Source of the DNA: Macrostomum lignano | Lineage: Eukaryota | Reading direction: 5' to 3' | DNA length: 64,000 nucleotides | NCBI GenBank assembly: GCA_002269645.1 | Contig: NIVC01001952.1 | Span: forward strand, 155,102-219,101 | Shown: positions 1-10,782 of the stretch, piece after piece | Layout: the number at the start of each line of letters is the position of its first letter | How positions within the stretch are numbered: the stretch's first letter is position 1 | Position numbers and translations under genes: made by a program | The notes under the pieces: generated by a model | What the model saw: the letters and a program-made list of their open reading frames with translations, nothing else | Told to the model about the DNA's origin: nothing | The model's database searches: none

Positions 1-431
1 CTGCTGATGCTGCTCCTGCTGCTGCGGAGGCTGCAGTGGCGACATGGCCGCTGGCGGGTCTCTCACAAACACTGGCGAGTCACCCCCGTCCGGCTCGCAG
101 CCGCCGCTGCCGCCACCGCCTCCCCCATTATTCCAGGGACCTCGAAGTCGACGCCGGGACGCAGCAGCCGAAGCAGACTTTCTGCCCGACTTCTTGCCGC
201 CGGAAATGGCGGGGCCAGCGGCGGCGGCTCGTCTGCCGCGGCCACCGGAGCGCCCTCCGCCGCCGCCGCCGCCGCTGCCGTGCCTGCTGTACACGTTGAC
301 GACAGCGAATTCCAACAAGGAGGCGAACACGAAGCCGAGACAGGCGCTCATCCAGACGTCGATGGCTTTGATGTAGGACACCTTCGGCAGCGAGGACTTT
401 GAGCCAGAGGCCTGAGTAGTTATCGTCAGCA
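1..431 (-). CDS. Cys-loop channel exon 9, partial (M2 end, M3, Gly/Gln-rich M3-M4 loop)
   Basis: [31 protein letters not shown]...; frame stays open to base 1; missing from the ORF track because it has no ATG. Confidence 0.93.
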
Positions 432-3400
432 CTGTAGGGTTTATGGGGATGCGAAATGTTTGGTCAGGTGACACAGGTCATAGCCAAGCTTATCTAAATC
501 GGCCACGGTACCTGTCAGCAGTCCCAGACTGACACGGGCTGGCACGGCGTCAATGTTTAGCCAGAAGGCGAACCAGCTCAGAATCACGATCAGCATTGTT
601 GGGATGTAGATCTGAGGATAATAAATAGTAGACATATGAATGTATTAAGCTACTTTTAAATCAGTAGTTTCATTGGTTGGTACTCGTATTTTATTAAAAA
701 ATACAAGAGAGCACTAGCTAAAAATAATACCTGCGTACAATGTATACAAAGGTACACTACGAACTCTCATTCTGATATAACTGTCGCTTACTACCATTGA
801 AATCTAAATTTATCAGAAAACACGATCAATATTCCTTGCTAGCTACTGAATGAGCGAATATTGAGTAGCAATACCTGAATAAGAAAGTATCCAAAGTCGC
901 GCTTAAGTTCGAAGGTCATCTGCAGACAGGGATAGGCTCCAGTTGTATAGTTGAGATCGCACGATTTCAAATGAATTTCGCGCAGATCGAACTGCGGCAT
1001 GGTCAGATCGTCTGGCCGATCGTCTGGCCGCTTCGGCGGCTGCAGCCAGTAGAAAGCGACAGTGTCCATTGTGTGGCCGACTGTGGGGCAGTGTTGGGTG
1101 CTCTGACTTTCTGTGCAATCACTTATGCAGATGTGTAATGCAGTTGAGCCTTTACAGAAAAGTAAAAGCAACATCGCTCCCCCATATGTTTTCAAGATCC
1201 CCTGAAAATGCAGACAATTGCAAAGCCAAAGTTTTCACTTACAGCTCTCGAACATCATTGGACACATCTGCGTGTCTAGCGGGTACTTTTTGAGGTCCAT
1301 CTCGCAGGACAGAGTGACAGACAGTCTGCGGGTGTCGGGTTCAAGAGGGATTAGCGCTTCTGGCGTGATTCCAGATGGCGCCAGAGGCTTAAAAAACTGT
1401 TTCTACGAGTGTTTCGTAGACTTTCGATTCCCAATGACGAAGCCGTTAAGCTTTTAAGCTTGGAAATAATCGGTGACACGTGGTAGCATGGTTTTAATTT
1501 TTCACTTTTTACAATCGTGTTCAATGCTGTTGGTATTTAGGGTTCGGGTCTGTAAGTTTGTCGCTTCGTACAAGTGACAAATAGAACAAAACTTACTTGA
1601 TGACGTACCAAATTCGACCGCTGCTCTCCAGATTCATGAACCGGTTGGGGATTGTTACCGAGTGAAAGTCGGCCTTCTTCTCGTTTCTAGGCAATATTTT
1701 TTAAGAAAATAAATGAGGCTTTGTTGGTTAAGTAACTTAGGGAGTTGAGGTTGTTCAAACACTTCGGTATAATGGTTGATATTAGCTTCATCGGCAGGTT
1801 AGAGAACTTCTCAGTGTAGCCACCCTTCAAAGTCAAAGGACTTCGATAAAAATATTTTATTGAAACTTCGTTGCCCGACGATTTTCGAGTTATCCTTAAA
1901 CCCCTTTGTATACTGAGGAAATCGTGGTCGGTGTACTATTGGTCGGTGCATTGTCAGTATATATTGAGGACGCGTTGTCAGTGTACATTGAGGACGCGTT
2001 GTCAGTGTACATTGAGGACGCGTTGTCAGTGTACATTGAGGACGCGTTGTCAGTGTACATTGAGGACGCGTTGTCAGTGTACATTGAGGATGTGTTTGCA
2101 GTGTACATCGAGAACGCATTGTCAGTGTACATTGAGGATGTGTTTGCAGTGTACATCGAGAACGCATTGTCAGTGTACATTGAGGACGCATTGTCAGTGT
2201 ACATTGAAGATGTGTTGGCAGTGTACATCGAGGACGCATTGTCCGTGTACATTGAGGACGCATTGTCAGTGTACATTGAAGATGTGTTGGCAGTGTACAT
2301 CGAGGACGCATTGTCCGTGTATATCGAGGACGCATTGTCAGTGTACATTTAGGATGTGTTTGCAGTGTACATTGAGGACGCATTGTCCGTGTACATCGAG
2401 GACGCATTGTCAGTGTACATTGAAGATGTGTTGGCAGTGTAAATTGAGGACGCGTTGTCAGTGTACATTGAGGACGCATTGTCAGTGTACATTGAGGACG
2501 CATTGTCAGTGTAAATTGAGGACGCGTTGTCAGTGTACATTGAAGATGTGTTGGCGGTGTACATTGAGGACGCGTTGGCAGTGTACATTGAAGATGTGTT
2601 GGCAGTGTACATTGAAGATGTGTTGGCAGTGTACATTGAGGACGCGTTGTCAGTGTACATTGAATGAACTATTGTACATTCAATAGTTCTACTTTTCATA
2701 GGTTTTTCTCTACTGATGCTTCCTTGACCTTAGAATTTTATGCGGTGCATTTGATTCAAATGGAAAGTCTGAAAAATAATTGGAAACGCTAATAAATGGT
2801 TTCTCTTGTTGATTAAGGCTTGAAATCCAGACGGAAAAATATAATAATTTTCTAAATTTTTTCATCAGCCAAGTGCATGGCTGTCCTACACTGCATGCTC
2901 TCAGCGCACTTTAACGACAGAAATTTGATCATTTTATTAGAAATCAGCTTGTAAAACATTTGCTGCACTGCGAGAGTCGTCGGGTGTATTCTTCTTGTCC
3001 AAAAAAACCAACAGCTGCCTTCCCACGAGAGGGAGAGAGAACCGCGCTCTGCGCTCTGCGAGGGTCAGATCGAATATTAAGTGTCCTTTGTCACGCTCAG
3101 GCGCACTCACACAAGATGAGGCCAGAGATGAATGGGAGAATGGGAGAAGGCTACTCAACTACCCACGGCCTCAACGGCCCGGTTCAGCGGCTCAAGAAGC
3201 AGCTGGCACGTGTTGTCGAGCTCTTAAACAGAAGACTAGCGATCGATAGCTACGTATTGATTTTTCTCAGGAGCCGCTGGAAGCCCCGATCTCTTTTAGT
3301 CTCTTACTCATCTGGAATTCGAGAATTCGATTCTGGAGTCCGTTTGCTGCTGTTAGTCCGATTTTCTATTTATTTTGCTCCCAACCGCACAGAACCCGCA

Positions 3401-5487
3401 GGCTTTCTGGTATCGATTTTTGCTGTTCCCGCGCCTCTCACTGTGAGGCGAAACTTTCTTGCTACAGAACTGGCTCTCGGGTTCGGTAGGCGTTGGCTCT
3501 GCAAAGATCGGGTTTCACACAGTGTGCACCCAGCTGCTGCTTTGCCGCTCTACAGCTCTTATTGTGGCTGTCATATCGGGATTGGGCAGGTTTCAGCTCC
3601 ATTTCAGGCCCTACAAAAATACACTGACAATCCTGAGAAGCTGTGAGTACTCACCTAAGGAACACATCCGGTACCCAGATTTTCTCCCAGATTCTGTCCT
3701 CCAGTTTAATCTGAGTCTTGCCGCCAACCAGGCTGCTGTTGAACTTTAGTCGCGGATCCGTCCACTGCTGTCGCAGGTAGATGGTCAGAGAGTAGTCCTT
3801 TTGGGCAGGTGTGAAGCAGTTAGGGTGTGGTTATGGTAAAGCCTTAGCCTTTTATTTAGGATAGGCTATGACAAAATGTAATACGAATTATGATAATAAT
3901 TGATTACACCTGCCCTAATGAGCAGATGTACAACCGACAGCTCAGCCGCAGCTATATCTGAAGGCTGCGTACGGCTGTTCAGTCCAAGGATTGGGGGGTC
4001 GCCACACAGCCTCAGTTACCCCAGCTAATGCTGGCACCCATTTTACAGCTGGGTGAACTGAAGCAATGCAGAGTTAAGTGTCTTGCTCAAGGACACAAAT
4101 TGTTCCAAGTGGGATCGGGAATCGAACCCCCGACCTTTAAGTCGTGGGTCCGACGCTCTGACCACTAGGCTGCAACACAGACGAATAACAGTGAAAATAA
4201 TTATCACAGGAAATAATTTCTAGTTTATCGGTTAGCATAAGCAAGCATATCTGAGCCAGTGATCATATGGCCATATGCTCACCATCGTAGCCTCGCTGAT
4301 TGAGTAGAAACCAATGATATAAATTCCAATGTAAACATTTGTAGTGGAATCTAAAATGATAGACAAAATCAATTATAGTGAAATTATATTCTATCGTCTT
4401 GCTTCTTTTTCTTGTTTTTTAATTTTTAATTTTAATTTTTACCTCCATTGGGACTGTTCTGCCGCGTGTAGTTCTTCAGTATGCGGTCGACGACACGCTT
4501 TCTGCGGACAAAAGTACAGGTGTTAACAGAGTTCGGTGCAAGATTAATGTGTTTCGGAATGGGGTCTCGGGACTGGATTGGGTCTCGGGACTGGATGGGG
4601 TCTCAGGACTGGATTGGGTCTCGGGACTGGATGGGGTCTCGGGACTGGATGGGGTTTCGGGACTGGATGGGGTCTCGGGACTGGATGGGGTCTCGGGACT
4701 GGATGGGGTCTCGGGACTGGATGGGGTCTCGGGACTGGATGGGGTCTCGGGACTGGATGGGGTCTCGAGACTGGATGGGGTCTCGGGACTAGATGGGGTC
4801 TCGGGACTGGATGGGGTCTCGGGACTGGATGGGGTCTCGGGACTGGATGGGGTCTTGGGACTGGATGGGGTCTCGGGACTGGATGGGGTCTCGGGACTGG
4901 ATGGGGTCTCGGGACTGGATGGGGTCTCGAGACTGGATGGGGTCTCGAGACTGGATGGGGTCTCGGGACTAGATGGGGTCTCGGGACTGGATGGGGTCTC
5001 GAGACTGGATGGGGTCTCGGGACTAGATGGGGTCTCGGGACTAGATTGGGTCTCGGGACTGGATGGGGTCTCGGGACTAGATTGGGTCTCGGGACTGGAT
5101 GGGGTCTCGGGACTGGATGGGGTCTCGGGACTAGATTGGGTCTCGGGACTAGATTGGGTCTCGGGACTGGATGGGGTCTCGGGACTAGATTGGGTCTCGG
5201 GACTGGATGGGGTCTCGGGACTGGATGGGGTCTCGGGACTAGATTGGGTCTCGGGACTGGATGGGGTCTCGGGACTGGATGGGGTCTCGGGACTGGATGG
5301 GGTTTCGGGACTGGATTGGGTTTCTGGGCTTTGTGGAAGTCATTAATCCTTAACACTCCAGCGGATAGTATAAGTCTTACGTATTTTCAGCGGAGCTCTT
5401 GGCGGCTGTGCCGCCTGAGTGCAGCAACAGGAAAAGTACAAGCAGTGACTGCAGCAGCAGCAGAGGCTGCAACAGAACAGAGGCCAT
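1..5487 (-). CDS. Cys-loop ligand-gated anion channel subunit (glycine receptor / GluCl-like), spliced gene, 3' end runs off the window
   Basis: Exons join in phase with GT-AG ends: 5487-5381, 4501-4443, 4350-4283, 3797-3655, 1686-1597, 1325-1243, 1080-875, 611-512, 431-1. Motifs: signal peptide, YLRQQW, WVPDVFL, Cys-loop [21 protein letters not shown], loop-C disulfide [13 protein letters not shown]2 [17 protein letters not shown]3 [26 protein letters not shown]4 is not in the window. Confidence 0.95.
512..611 (-). CDS. Cys-loop channel exon 8 (M1-M2, PAR anion-selectivity motif)
   Basis: [33 protein letters not shown]; donor GTACCG. Confidence 0.95.
875..1080 (-). CDS. Cys-loop channel exon 7 (loop B to start of M1)
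   Basis: GHTMDT...PQFDL...[29 protein letters not shown]; acceptor cacag, donor GTATTG. Confidence 0.93.
1243..1325 (-). CDS. Cys-loop channel exon 6 carrying the Cys-loop ([27 protein letters not shown])
   Basis: 83-bp exon, C-x13-C, donor GTAAGT. Confidence 0.95.
1597..1686 (-). CDS. Cys-loop channel exon 5 ([30 protein letters not shown])
   Basis: NEK..FH.VT..N motif; donor GTAAGT. Confidence 0.92.
1948..2662. repeat. 24-bp minisatellite (CAGTGTACATTGAGGACGCATTGT), intronic
   Basis: Direct inspection; about 29 copies with point variants. Confidence 0.95.
3655..3797 (-). CDS. Cys-loop channel exon 4 ([17 protein letters not shown]...IWVPDVFLR)
   Basis: Loop D and loop A motifs; acceptor aaaag, donor GTGAGT. 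Confidence 0.92.
3901..4173 (-). mobile_element. tRNA-derived SINE, copy 1
   Basis: Minus strand begins with an A-box-like GCAGCCTAGTGG and B box GGTTCGATTCC (4118-4128), followed by GTGTCCTTGAGCAAGACACTTAAC, a central motif typical of metazoan tRNA-SINEs; near-identical second copy at 9730-9990. Confidence 0.88.
4283..4350 (-). CDS. Cys-loop channel exon 3 ([22 protein letters not shown])
   Basis: 68-bp exon with acceptor ttttag and donor GTGAGC; ends in M before DY as in GlyR/GABA-A genes. Confidence 0.9.
4443..4501 (-). CDS. Cys-loop channel exon 2 ([19 protein letters not shown])
   Basis: Acceptor ccgcag, donor GTAAAA; N-terminal helix position; phases match both neighbours. Confidence 0.8.
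4558..5322. repeat. 18-bp G-rich minisatellite (GGGGTCTCGGGACTGGAT) filling channel intron 1
   Basis: About 42 copies; occupies most of intron 4502-5380. Confidence 0.95.
5381..5487 (-). CDS. Cys-loop channel first coding exon (signal peptide [29 protein letters not shown])
   Basis: ATG at 5487, hydrophobic core, donor AC|GTAAGA in phase with the next exon. Confidence 0.85.
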
Positions 5488-5613
5488 TCTTCGTGCTGCA
5501 ACCACCGAGAGGCTCAGAAACTCGTTGGTTTGGAGTTTGGACTGATGAGCAAAAATCTGAAAGTTCGGGTTGTTGTTATTGATAAATTTTACTCTCCCTT
5601 TAAATTTTAGAGT

Positions 5614-6100
5614 CCTGTGCGTCTGTTTGTGGATTCTGTGCGTCTGTTTGTGGATTCTGTGCGTCTGTTTGTGGATTCTGTGCGTCTGTTTGTGGAATTC
5701 TGTGCGTCTGTTTGTGGAATTCTGTGCGTCTGTTTATGGAATCCTGTGCGTCTGTTTGTGGAATTCTGTGCGTCTGTTTGTGGAATTCTGTGCGTCTGTT
5801 TGTGGATTCTGTGCGTCTGTTTATGCGGATTCTGTGCGTCTGTTTGTGGATTCTGTACGTCTGTTTGTGGAATTCTGTGCGTCTGTTTGTGGATTCTGTG
5901 CGTCTGTTTGTGGATTCTGTACGTCTGTTTGTGGATTCTGTACGTCTGTTTGTGGAATTCTGTGCGTCTGTTTGTGGATTCTGTGCGTCTGTTTGTGGAT
6001 TCTGTACGTCTGTTTGTGGAATTCTGTGCGTCTGTTTATGCGGATTCTGTACGTCTGTTTGTGGATTCTGTGCGTCTGTTTGTGGATTCTGTGCGTCTGT
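5614..6100. repeat. 21/22-bp minisatellite (GGATTCTGTGCGTCTGTTTGT)
   Basis: Direct inspection. Confidence 0.95.
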
Positions 6101-6649
6101 CAGGATGGGTTGTTTCCTTCCATTCTAATCGGATTTCCAGTGATGGAGCCTCTTTGTAGCTCCGATCTCAGATTTGTATCCTGACCTGAATAGAAGGCAA
6201 CGAGTTGCGGCACAAGCAGAACGGCATGCAACCAGAATTTAGTCTGAAACCAGTTCAATCTCAGGGAATCCTTCTTAAATCTTGGAAAAAGCAGGCAGTA
6301 CTCAAATTGTGCCTCGACATGTTAAACTGGTTTCGACTGACTGCAGGGACGCCATATACTCGTAGCCCAGATACATTAGGCTAATCAAATATACGGAGAA
6401 GAGTGTTCTCAGCCGCTTGGAAAGAGAGAAATATTGAATCAAATTTCCTGATCTGAGCACTCGGAAATACTGCTTCGTCATGATTCAGCTCATGATGCAG
6501 CTCATGACAGGCTGACTGGAATGATGGAATGAATTTCTTTGAAGAGAACCATTCTCAGGAAGATAATAATGATTTAAAAGTTGACTGTTGACTCCACTAC
6601 CGGACTTGGTTCGACTCAGTTGGCTTGCGGAAACTGATTCAAGCGCACC

Positions 6650-7430
6650 CATCCAATTCCACGTCACTCCATGCTGCTCATTCCAATTCCACGTCACTCC
6701 ATGCTGCCCATTCCAATTCCAAGCCACTCCATGCTACCCATTCCAATTCCACGTCACTCCATGCTGCCCATTCCAATTCCAAGTCACTCCATGCTACCCA
6801 TTCCAATTCCAAGTCACTCCATGCTGCCCATTCCAATTCCAAGCCACTCCATGCTACCCATTCCAATTCCAAGTCACTCCATGCTGCCCATTCCAATTCC
6901 AAGTCACTCCATGCAGCCCATTCCAATTCCAAGTCACTCCATGCTACCCATTCCAATTTCAAGTCACTCCATGCTACCCATTCCAATTCCAAGTCACTCC
7001 ATGCTACCCATTCCAATTCCAAGTCACTCCATGCTACCCATTCCAATTCCAAGCCACTCCATGCTGCCCATTCCAATTCCAAGTCACTCCATGCTGCTCA
7101 TTCCAATTCCAAGCCACTCCATGCTGCCCATTCCAATTCCAAGCCACTCCATGCTGCCCATTCCAATTCCAAGTCACTCCATGCTGCTCATTCCAATTCC
7201 AAGTCACTCCATGCTGCTCATTCCAATTCCAAGTCACTCCATGCTGCCCATTCCAATTCCAAGTCACTCCATGCTGCCCATTCCAATTCCAAGCCACTCC
7301 ATGCTATCCATTCCAATTCCAAGTCACTCCATGCTGCCCATTCCAATTCCAAGCCACTCCATGCTGCCCATTCCAATTCCAAGTCACTCCATGCTGCTCA
7401 TTCCAATTCCAAGCCACTCCATGCTACCCG
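6650..7430. repeat. 30-bp minisatellite (CCATTCCAATTCCAAGTCACTCCATGCTGC)
   Basis: About 26 copies in register with the 60-nt lines. Confidence 0.95.
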
Positions 7431-9729
7431 TCTTAGCCCAGCCTAGCTTCTTACCGACCATCTCTCTTACATTATTGCATCCCCTAGCTTCAAATTCCCA
7501 TAGCAACCTCTCTATAGCGCCTCGATTTGTTTTTTGCAGTTACAGGGTAGTAAAAGTACATTCATCTTAAGCACTACATTTACATTTTTTAAAGTTCAAC
7601 GACGGCACGGCTGGATGCTGTAAACAAACATTCCGGCCAATCGTCAAAGCTGTCAACCCCGGACCTTCTTCTGTTGCCGCTGATTTTCAAAGCGGTCGGA
7701 AGGCTTTGATTTGCAGTGCAGATCAATAAATTTGGCATTGAAAGGCGCAGTCGGAGAAAGAAACGAAGCAGTAACTATATATATATTGATGGCAGCCACA
7801 AAGAGTATTCTAGTAAATGACGCCAGGGAATTCAAATTAATCTTATCTAAGGGCGGAGCCGGCCGGGTTTCTCAGTTCGGCGCTGGCGCTGCACTTTTGG
7901 CTCGTAGCTGCCCAGCGCATTGCGGATGCGCTCGAAATTGAGGGAGAAGATTAAGTTTTTTTCTCTAGAGTGGACACCGCCAAGACGGCTGTGGCGTCTC
8001 CGCTAACATCATGTAACTCTTTTCTCCCATTCTTTTTAATCGATTTCATTTCGAGCTTCGGGGGGGGTATTTCCTGCTCTAATTCCCTTCTCTAGCACAT
8101 TTAAATCGGGCAGATAGTCGAACCCGATCTAGCAGTCAGATATGGACACAAATAAATATGTAATATAAAGAGAAGCGGGTAACAGGGGCGGAGAAAAGTT
8201 TTAGAGAAAATGGGAGAGAAGTCACAAAGGGGGTAAGAAAGGAAGAGGAGACGGAGATGGAGAGGGAAGGGAGAAAGGATATGGGAGTTGGATTTGGGAA
8301 GAGGGAGATGAGTAGTGAGTAGGCGGAGTGGGAGATGGGGGGGCGGAGTAGGAGATGAGCAGGCAGAGAGGGAGAAGGGGCGGAGAGGGAGAGGAGTAGG
8401 CTGAGAGGGAGATGGGGGCGGAGAGGGAGAGGAGTAGGCTGAGAGGGAGATGGGGGCGGAGAGGGAGATTGTCAGAGCGGGAGCAAGTGGAGGGGAGAGG
8501 GGAGTGGAAGAGGGAGAAAAGGAAGCAGGAGGCGAGAGGGAAGACGATAGAGAAAAAGAAATAAGACAGTTTGATCAAACAAGGAAAATAAGTGGGGCAA
8601 GGCAGAGAATCGGTGTGTTCACGCATCTCGAGACCTCATAGAGAAGCGATCGAATATTGCCTAACGAGAAAGATTCGAGACTGACATTGGCTGCTCTGAG
8701 CTCTGAGCTCTGAGCTCACAGAGTAGGGAGGGAGCTAGCAAGCAAGGCAGTTCATTTGAGAATGCTGCTGTAATTAAAGCAATTCAAACAGGATAGAAAA
8801 ACTTGGCAGAAATATTTGGAAAGGAAACTGTGGCTCCCTCTTTCTCGATGTGCACTTGGAATTGATTGAATGTCAGGAGGCGGGGAGGGGCGAAGACTGC
8901 TCAAGTTTGACAAGCCAAGAGATGAGAACTGGGCCGCGGCGTTGAGTTGAGCTAATATTTGCAGCTCTGCTCTCAGCCGCCCTGGATGCAGAGCTGTCGG
9001 CCAAATCGATGGCTTCCCCCCGGGGTCCTGATGGAACCTTTTCTGCCCAAGTTTTCTTTGCTGCTGGCGGCCTCTGTTTTCTTCTTTGACTCAGTCCCGA
9101 TGCCCGGATCCAGTTGGATGCAAGCGGCTCTCCTCGAGGGAGCCTGACGGAGTCCGGCAAGCCAGGCCAGCCAATTTACAATTCAGCAGGAATTCCAGGC
9201 CCCGTGGCGCAGCCAGATTCCTCGCCTGCCGCACAGCTGTCTTCTTCTAGGAGACAGAAATGAAACCGCTTGCTTGGGCTTCCGGGAAACTGCATGGGCT
9301 CCCAGATGTGTATAATTTTCTGCCGTAAAACTACGAAAGATTCGAAAGAAAAAGTTTTGCTGCTAGAAGAAACTCACGTAGGAACCTGTGCAGGTTGAAG
9401 TTTGGTTTCCTTACAAATTGACGGCTTCAGTGGTTATTTTCCGGCGAGCTTCTTCCAATTTCCGTCTGTTTGGAATGTATATATGCAGTCGGGAAATTGC
9501 TGGCTTTGCCAATCCCCGCTGGCCTGCCGCAGCCACGGCACTTTCGGCCGAGCCAATGACCGTTCATCAGGTCCGTCTCTGCTGGGGAAGATCTTCAGTT
9601 TTATGACAAACTACTGTAAGTAGTTTATGCGAGTAAAGCAAGCTAATTTGATGCTATCACAGAATGAACTATTACTGTCACTAGATATTCAGCTAAATTT
9701 AATCCTCGTGTGCTTTTCTACTACTAGTA

Positions 9730-9990
9730 GATTACACCTGCCCTAATGGACAGATGTGCTATTGCGCGGCGCATCTGAAGGCTGCGTACGGCTGTTCAGT
9801 ACAAGGACTGGGGGGTCGCCACACCCTCAGTTACCCCAGCTAATGCTGGCACCCATTTTACAGCTGGGTGAACTGAAGCAATGCAGAATTAAGTGTCTTG
9901 CTCAAGGACACAAATTGTTCCTAGTGGGTGGAGAATCGAACCCCCAACCTTCACGTCGTGAGTCCGACGCTCTAAACCACTAGGCTACCA
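9730..9990 (-). mobile_element. tRNA-derived SINE, copy 2
   Basis: Collinear with 3901-4173; TAGCCTAGTGG A-box-like and GGTTCGATTCT B-box-like head; (TAG)n-like tail. Confidence 0.88.
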
Positions 9991-10722
9991 CCCCTTTAAT
10001 TGAATTCCTACATTTAGCCTTGAATATAGGCAGAAATTGCCTTAAAAGCAGCCGATCGAGAAAATATTGCCTTAATGACCTTCATTTGTCTATGTGCAAA
10101 GCTTAGTTCTGAGCTTGACAAAAGTTAAGCAAGTGGAAATTCCATTAAAAATCATCACCAAGTGTATAGAAATGAAGTTCTGCGGCCAGAATATTTGCTT
10201 TGAAATTCTCCACTTGATTGTCTTCTAACCAGAGAGCATACTTGGCGACCATAGACAAATGAAATTATACTCGAGTAATTTGAGCTATATTCATGGATGA
10301 AGAAGTAGATCTATTCCTTCATGCATGGCTATATTTTTGACAATCCAAATCCAAATCAAGTACTTCCATAGATATCTATTGCACTCTGTCCGTATAATAA
10401 CTGAGTGATAAACAAACCGATAAAACCATCAAAATTTCAAGCTATTTTTGTCTCCAAAGACAACTCGTTTCTTTTTACCTTACTTACGCACTCGTATACC
10501 TGAATTGCTAAACTGGTCCTGAATTCTTCATTAGCTCTCTGCACGCAAGAATCCTTTCCAATTGATGAAGGCTAAGGCGTGCAACTGCTAAAGCTGCCTG
10601 CATAAATGTGAGTTGCAAAGCCTTGCTGCCGTTGTACCGAAAAGCTCTAGGCTTCTTGATTCTGGTAATGAGTTAGAAGCTTGTGAGTTGCAGCAGCCTA
10701 GCTGTTGATTCAAATTTAGTGA

Positions 10723-10728
10723 TATAAA
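10723..10728 (+). promoter_or_regulatory. Candidate TATA box of the knottin gene
   Basis: TATAAA about 55 nt upstream of ATG 10783, which is followed by a GTATGC donor. Confidence 0.4.
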
Positions 10729-10782
10729 TCACTTGATTGCTCAATTCTCCATAGCTCGTAATTACTACTTGTTTTCATAATC

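Noticed and set aside
2937-3646. 228-aa plus-strand ORF and overlapping ORFs in the channel intron
   Set aside because: No recognisable domain, no ATG at the annotated start, and it lies antisense within an intron
4100-4173. tRNA-like sequence with a perfect B box (also 9915-9990)
   Set aside because: It continues into a shared 200-bp body and tail and lacks a convincing acceptor stem, so it is a SINE head rather than a tRNA gene
8873-9620. GC-richer segment with short ORFs, possibly a retroelement ORF1 or exon relic
   Set aside because: No motif, splice partner or TSD could be supported
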